A stretch of DNA of 64,000 nt from Diplonema japonicum (taxonomy: Eukaryota > Protista > Euglenozoa: Diplonemea). The stretch spans positions 62,001 to 126,000 of the forward strand of contig OZ025661.1 in assembly GCA_964019335.1 (NCBI GenBank). The letters run 5' to 3'. The stretch's first letter is position 1, and each line of letters begins with the position of its first letter. The position numbers were made by a program, and so were the translations under genes. The notes beneath the pieces are model-generated. The model saw only the letters and a list, made by a program, of their open reading frames with translations, did no database searches and had not been told where the DNA came from. Positions 59,101-64,000 of the stretch are shown here, in pieces.

Positions 59101-60184
59101 GAGGACAGTAGAGTACTCACCCAGCCGGTTGTTCAGTGCTGAGCCGTTGTGTGTGAGAATGGTGAAACTCTCTCGACCTGGTCCGGGGTGGGGTTCGACA
59201 CCCTGTTCGATGAGGCGCTCAAACCTTCTTGTCAGATAGACGTATCGGGTCGTATTTGGACGGACGGGAATGGGAATGGAGTGGAGGGAATGGGTTTGAG
59301 GGGTGGGTTTGGGGGGAGTTCTCCTGGAGTCACTGCTCGCATTGCTCGCATCCGCGGCACTTTACCCTCTTGCAGTTCGGTATTATGCAGGTCTGCGCTG
59401 GGTTGCTCTTCGTGATGTTCCCGTCACAGTAGTGGCACACCCCCTTCCAGTTTTGGTACGTCCCGTTGTAGACGTGGCATACGCCCCTGCCCAGGCAGTC
59501 GTTGATGTCGGGGCCCTCGTCCAGGTCGATGTCGGTGTCATCGTCCGTTGGGGGGGACCTAAGTCATCTTCCGTCTCCATGTCGTCGTTTTCTCCCCCCT
59601 CGGCTAGCGAACGGGGCTGGTCTCTGTCCAGTCTCGAGACTGTCGCTTCCGTGAGAGCTTTTATCTGCTCGGTGAGAGCCGTCATCTGGGCGCGCATCTG
59701 CTGGACCTCCCCTCGCAGCTGCGCGTTCTCTCTCCGTAGCTCGACCACTTCCGTTGATGGCTCATCCCTGCTCGGTTCCCCCGCCAGCTTGCGGATCGCA
59801 TTTTCAATGGCCGTAAGGCGGTCCTCAACAGCCGGGGTACCTGCCATCCTCGTCGTGGTGGACGTCTTTTCGGACTTCGGAGGGGCGACCTTTTTCGGGG
59901 GGGCAACCTTCTTCTCTGTAGTAGGAGGCTTGTGGCTTGGCTGGGTGGACCCCGTCACTGCACCAAGGTAGGACTTGCCTGTGGCTGCGACCCCTGTCTT
60001 CGGTCTTCCCCATGACTGTGCAGTTGGTGTCTTCTTAATGGGCGGGCCTCCCACGTCGGGTGCTATCCTGCAGTGGAGAATCTGTCCTGTCGGGGATGTG
60101 ATCCTCAGCGTCGTGGTTGGGGGTGTGCCTCCTCGGATGTACCAACACCTCAGGTTGTTGGTCCAGCCCGTGTAGAGGAACGGC
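56167..60184 (-). mobile_element. Degenerate non-LTR retrotransposon: truncated ORF1, 2A-like motif, APE endonuclease, RT N-terminus (core deleted), C-terminal CCHC region
   Basis: APE motifs DAFCIQET, LVNVYCH, VVGDFN, TRVDRVL and SDHRCL; pre-RT GACGVDGWRMSELK and IEETGQWP; CDLCES..RHQLYEC; frameshifts and an in-frame TAG at 56833-56835. The 3' boundary is approximate. Confidence 0.88.
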
Positions 60185-61142
60185 AAAAAAAAAAAAAAAG
60201 AGAAACTTGCGAGTAAGGCAGAGTGTGTGTTTGTTGTTATTGTTGTTGTTGTGTTTTGTTTGTGGGAAAATAAAAAAAAAAAAGAATATTTTTCTTTTTA
60301 TTTCCACCGACCGCAAAAAAAAAAAAAAAAAAAAACTCAAATAGAATAGGGGTAAAGAGAGGGGGGAAGGATCAAGCCACATTCCAAACACAGCCAAACG
60401 GAGGGATCGATTACACGGCCTTAAGAAAGTCCCAAAGATCCCAAAGGGCTTGTTCTACTCCATGCGTACAATTTAAAAAAAAAAAAAAACGTTTGTCAGG
60501 AAGGAAAGCGATTTGAAAACCCTTCAGAGAAAAAGATTACCAGTGGTTCTAAGAATCAACACGGGAAGGGATTATAATACTAAAAAATAAAAAAAAAAAT
60601 AAAAAAACCTCTCTTGCAACTGTCCCATTCACGTTCTGTTGCCATTGTTGCAAACGGGCGAGCTAATTTCCATAGCCCAAACAGTATTTCCGTGCAAACC
60701 ACACAACACACTAGCGTGCATTATATTGTTTCAGGCAGCACGTTCTGGGCAGATCCAGAGAGACTTCAAAAAAAAAAAAAAAAACTACTAAGGGGAAAAT
60801 CTAGAACAGGGGTGGGAGGGAATGCTGAAGACACAATTTTTTTTTTTTTTTAAAGAAAAAAAACACTTTGTGTCCCCCCTAGAACCCGTCCCCCCTAGTA
60901 CTGTAGCGGGAAGAGAGGGATATAATACTTGAAAAAAAAAAAAAGAGAGAGGATACTATTGACAGAATAGGGAAGGGGGAGAGGGGGTGTGGAAAAAACG
61001 CTTAAAAGCGTTAATGGTGATTTATAAGGGGAAAAAAAAAAAAAAAAAAAAAAAAGTGGGAAAGACCTATATGGCCCAGTGTATTTCTCATGTGGATGTT
61101 TCTGTTCAAAAAAAAAAAAAATAACTTTTTTTTTTTCGGATC

Positions 61143-61175
<33 letters not shown>

Positions 61176-61291
61176 CCATTTGGATCGGGTCGAAAAGAGC
61201 GAGGGTGAAAAATAGCTATTTACTGCCAACAAGTAATGACTTTACCGTTACCTCGAGGTCGGTAAAGCATTACTTGGCGGTAGGTAAGTGG

Positions 61292-61935
61292 TTTTATTTC
61301 ACGACACTCTGAAATTACTTCACCACGAGGGGCACAACAGGGTGACAAGGGGTACAACAAGAGAGGGGTTACAAAGGTTACAATACAAGTTGTTTTCCCT
61401 CCTTTTGTTGACTTAGAGCTGCCGCTGTCGCTGGCATTGCCACTGTCACCATCTCTAATCAAGCCTTCCCATACCTGGAGCGGCCGCTGGCTCCTTTTTT
61501 TCTGCTGCTTCGGTATTTTGAAGTCTTTTGGGGTGCTTGGGTAAGCTGACTAAGTTACCCTTACCCACAGAAGAGTTACCCCCAGAAACTGGGAACAAGG
61601 CCTAGCCAAAAGTGGGCAAATTGGGAGGAAAAAGTAGTCCAACTTGGAACTGAGCCGAGGCAAAAGTTGACCAATTGAGCTGAACCTGGGGGGGAAATAG
61701 CAAACTGAGAGGAAAAAGTAGCCCCATTGGGAACCGAACCGAGGCAAAAATTGGCCTACCGAGGCATATTATTTAACGGAAACCCCCTATTACTTCACGG
61801 AAAACAGGCCATTATTTCACCGTGAAGTAATGAGATTTAGCGTGAAGTAATGAGATTTAGCGCGAAGTAATGAGATTTAGCGTGAAGTAATGGGCCCCCC
61901 AGTGCGTGAAGTAATTTCTGAAGAGTGAAATAAAA
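61292..61935. mobile_element. Putative non-autonomous TIR element (~640 bp) with subterminal repeats
   Basis: Left TTTTATTTCAC-n8-GAAATTACTTCAC-CACGAGGGG; right reverse-complemented TTTTATTTCAC-n6-GAAATTACTTCAC-GCACTGGGGGG. Confidence 0.5.
61821..61892. repeat. Tandem repeat, 20-nt unit CGTGAAGTAATGAGATTTAG x3.6
   Basis: Directly visible, one substitution; units abut, so it is not a CRISPR array. Confidence 0.95.
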
Positions 61936-62533
61936 AAAAAAAAAAAGAAAAAAAAAAAAAGAAAAAAAAAGAAAAGAGAAAAACAAGGAAGATCCCAGCA
62001 CCTTTAGATTGAGCTACTGGTCAGCGTGAACGGGGCGAGCTTTGTTCTTTTTGAAGGAGATTTGTTTTTTTTTCTGCTAACTGTTTCTCATTGCAAAAAC
62101 CTTAAGTGGGTACTCCCTCATCTGATCATCCTCCAGGTAAAGCACACTCGCCCCCCCAAGCCGGTTTTTTTTTTTTTCGCTCCCGCTATTTCTTTTTTGG
62201 ACCACAGTTTCGGTTGCATCATCCTCTTCTCAGGGGGGGGGGGGGGGGGGGGGGTCTCTGCCCAAACGGGAAGGAGGACAACTTTAGAATCCACTTTTTT
62301 TTTTCTTTTTGGAAAACTTATGGGGAAAAAGGTCACCTGCCATTCAAGGTGTCAGGGGCTCCCCAGAAGGGGTAAAGGTGTACACAAGGGCCTGTAACTG
62401 TACACAAACCATTGGTGCTGGAAACAGTTGGAAAATCGTTTTTCTTTTTTTTAAAATTCTTTTTCCATTCGCTCTTTTCCGTTGTTCATTTTTTTTTTTT
62501 TTTTTTTGTTCTTTACTTTTAATAATAATTTAA

Positions 62534-62740
62534 AGAACACCTTGCAGCCTTGGGGGGGAAGAAAAATTCATTTCCTTCTTTCTTTTTTTTCTTCTTCAAG
62601 ATTTATTTTATACTTTTTGAAAAATGAAGTTTTTTGTCAAAATGGAAATTGTAAACAAAATCTAGTACGTCTCGTCATTGAGCTCTACAATACAAAATCT
62701 TAAAGGAAACCCTAAATATCTTTAGGCTGCAAGGTATGAC
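62534..62740. mobile_element. 207-bp TTAA-flanked MITE (Kolobok/piggyBac-like target site)
   Basis: TTAA(62530-33)-AGAAC-ACCTTGCAGCCT ... AGGCTGCAAGGT-ATGAC-TTAA(62741-44): a perfect 12-bp inverted repeat set 5 nt inside TTAA at both ends. Confidence 0.7.
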
Positions 62741-63142
62741 TTAAAAAAAAAAAAAAAAAAAGAAGAAGAAAAACTAATACTGCAAAAACGATATTTTCTT
62801 ATTGCAGTATATTTGTTTTTTCTCCCCCCTCCTTTTTTTTCCTCTTTTTTTTTTCTTCTTTGGCATTTCTTTTCTTAAAAGAAAGAAATAAAAAAAAAAT
62901 AAGAAGGCAAAATAAAAACCCAGGCATCAGTTAGCATAGCCTTCAACGGAGGGTCCTTTTGCAGAAACTACACAGGCTCCTCCCCTACTCACCAGGTAGA
63001 GGAGGTACCAAAAGCTGACAGAAGGCACAAACCGTTTTTAACGACCCCAAATCCGGTTTTTGAAGAAAGAATATAAAAAAAGAATCTCTTTTCTTAAAAG
63101 AAAGAGGGTTTCTTTTTTTTTTTTTTTTTTTTTCTTTTTTAA

Positions 63143-64000
63143 CCATCTACCAACGGACCATTTTTGCCCACCAGGGGGTAAATTTTCAAAACTTCAAAAA
63201 AAGCTATTCCAGCGCAACGCCGGGGCTATATGCCCCCGGAAATGCCTCCAGATGTCCCAATTCTAGAGAGAGGGTGCCCACAGCAGGGTCCACCCCCACA
63301 ACATTGTCAAAAATATCGTTCCTGAAGTGCCCGAGAGGGGGTACAAAAACAAGTCAAAAAAAATCGACTGTAAAATTCTATAAAAAGCTATTTAAGGCCT
63401 TCTTGACGCGGTTCGTACGTGCCCCAGGGCTGGGGGACTTCTTTTTTGACCCCGGGAGGGGTTTCTGGGGGGTATCCCCGGCAAGGTGGTAGTCTTTGAA
63501 GCACGGAGTCACGCAAAGTTGTACCAAGCAGGCTGAACACTGAAATAGGGGTCTTTTCGACTTGCAATGCTTGCACCGCACGTTGCACTACTTTTTCGGG
63601 GAAATGGTCCCAGAAGGTACTGTCACGGCGCATTGGGGCATGGTATTGGGGCGGCCTGCTCTGTAGTTGACTTTATCTGTTGTTTAGACTGCCTCCCTAG
63701 TAGCCCTTCGATGACTGCCTCTTTGAAAGGCGTGAATCCACTGTCGTTCGTACTCAGGGTGTTGGGGGGCAAGGCTTCTTTCCAAACAAGCCAAGCATTC
63801 GCCAGAGATTTACCTAACAAGTACGAAAATACTTTCAGGGGCCACTTTTAAGTCATAAGGGTGCGTTTATGGCGTTTTGTCACAGCATCACCCAGCGTCG
63901 GTTTCGCCCATTGCGGTGTTGTAAATATGCACTTGGTAGGGAGCGGGATGTCCTTTCCGGCTTTCATTCTCTTTTGGCCGACACGTCAAATTCGACTTCA
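63143..64000 (-). mobile_element. piggyBac transposon remnant (3' part of transposase pseudogene; continues beyond the window)
   Basis: Frameshifted segments PYQVHIYNTAMGETD (YN..MGGVD-like), KWPLKVFSYLLGKSLANAWLVW, FKEAVIEGLL, HFP and the Cys-rich tail CKHCKSKRPLFQCSACLVQLCVTPCFKDYH. Candidate terminus TTAA|CCATCTACC at 63139-63151. Confidence 0.82.

Noticed and set aside
61821-61892. Regular 20-nt repeats as a CRISPR array
   Set aside because: Units abut with no unique spacers, the context is eukaryotic, and there are no cas genes.
1-64000. tRNA, rRNA, SL-RNA or snoRNA genes
   Set aside because: None recognised by eye; tRNAscan-SE and Infernal would be needed to exclude them.

Overview
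Eukaryotic nuclear DNA, most consistent with a euglenozoan, probably a diplonemid (inference). About 16 protein genes all lie on the minus strand in one head-to-tail cluster. Several start codons have a pyrimidine tract and AG just upstream, as expected for trans-splicing. I resolved 20 very short GT-AG cis-introns (34-52 nt), which cluster at gene ends and join several ORFs that the track reports separately. Gene order from left to right: GT77-like glycosyltransferase (partial), Mpv17/PMP22, small hypothetical, Kv-type K+ channel, type-I membrane protein, MFSD5, coproporphyrinogen III oxidase, membrane-anchored Ufd2-core/E2(UBC) fusion, Vps39-like CNH-ankyrin protein, acylated WD40 protein, coiled-coil protein, His-rich 4-TM protein, GH35 with an altered catalytic motif, a ~8,550-aa multi-domain surface receptor-like protein, SPRY-like protein and BCCIP. 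There are two degenerate copies of one LINE family, one carrying a 2A-like GVEPHPGP motif. From ~51 kb onward lies a TE-rich zone with MITE-like elements and a piggyBac remnant. The best candidates for something new are (i) the TM-Ufd2core-BIRC6-type E2 chimera that lacks a U-box and (ii) the giant nested-domain receptor punctuated by a recurring R-x-A-x-V-L-Q/A motif that may be a processing site. All family assignments come from motif recognition by eye; no database search was run.
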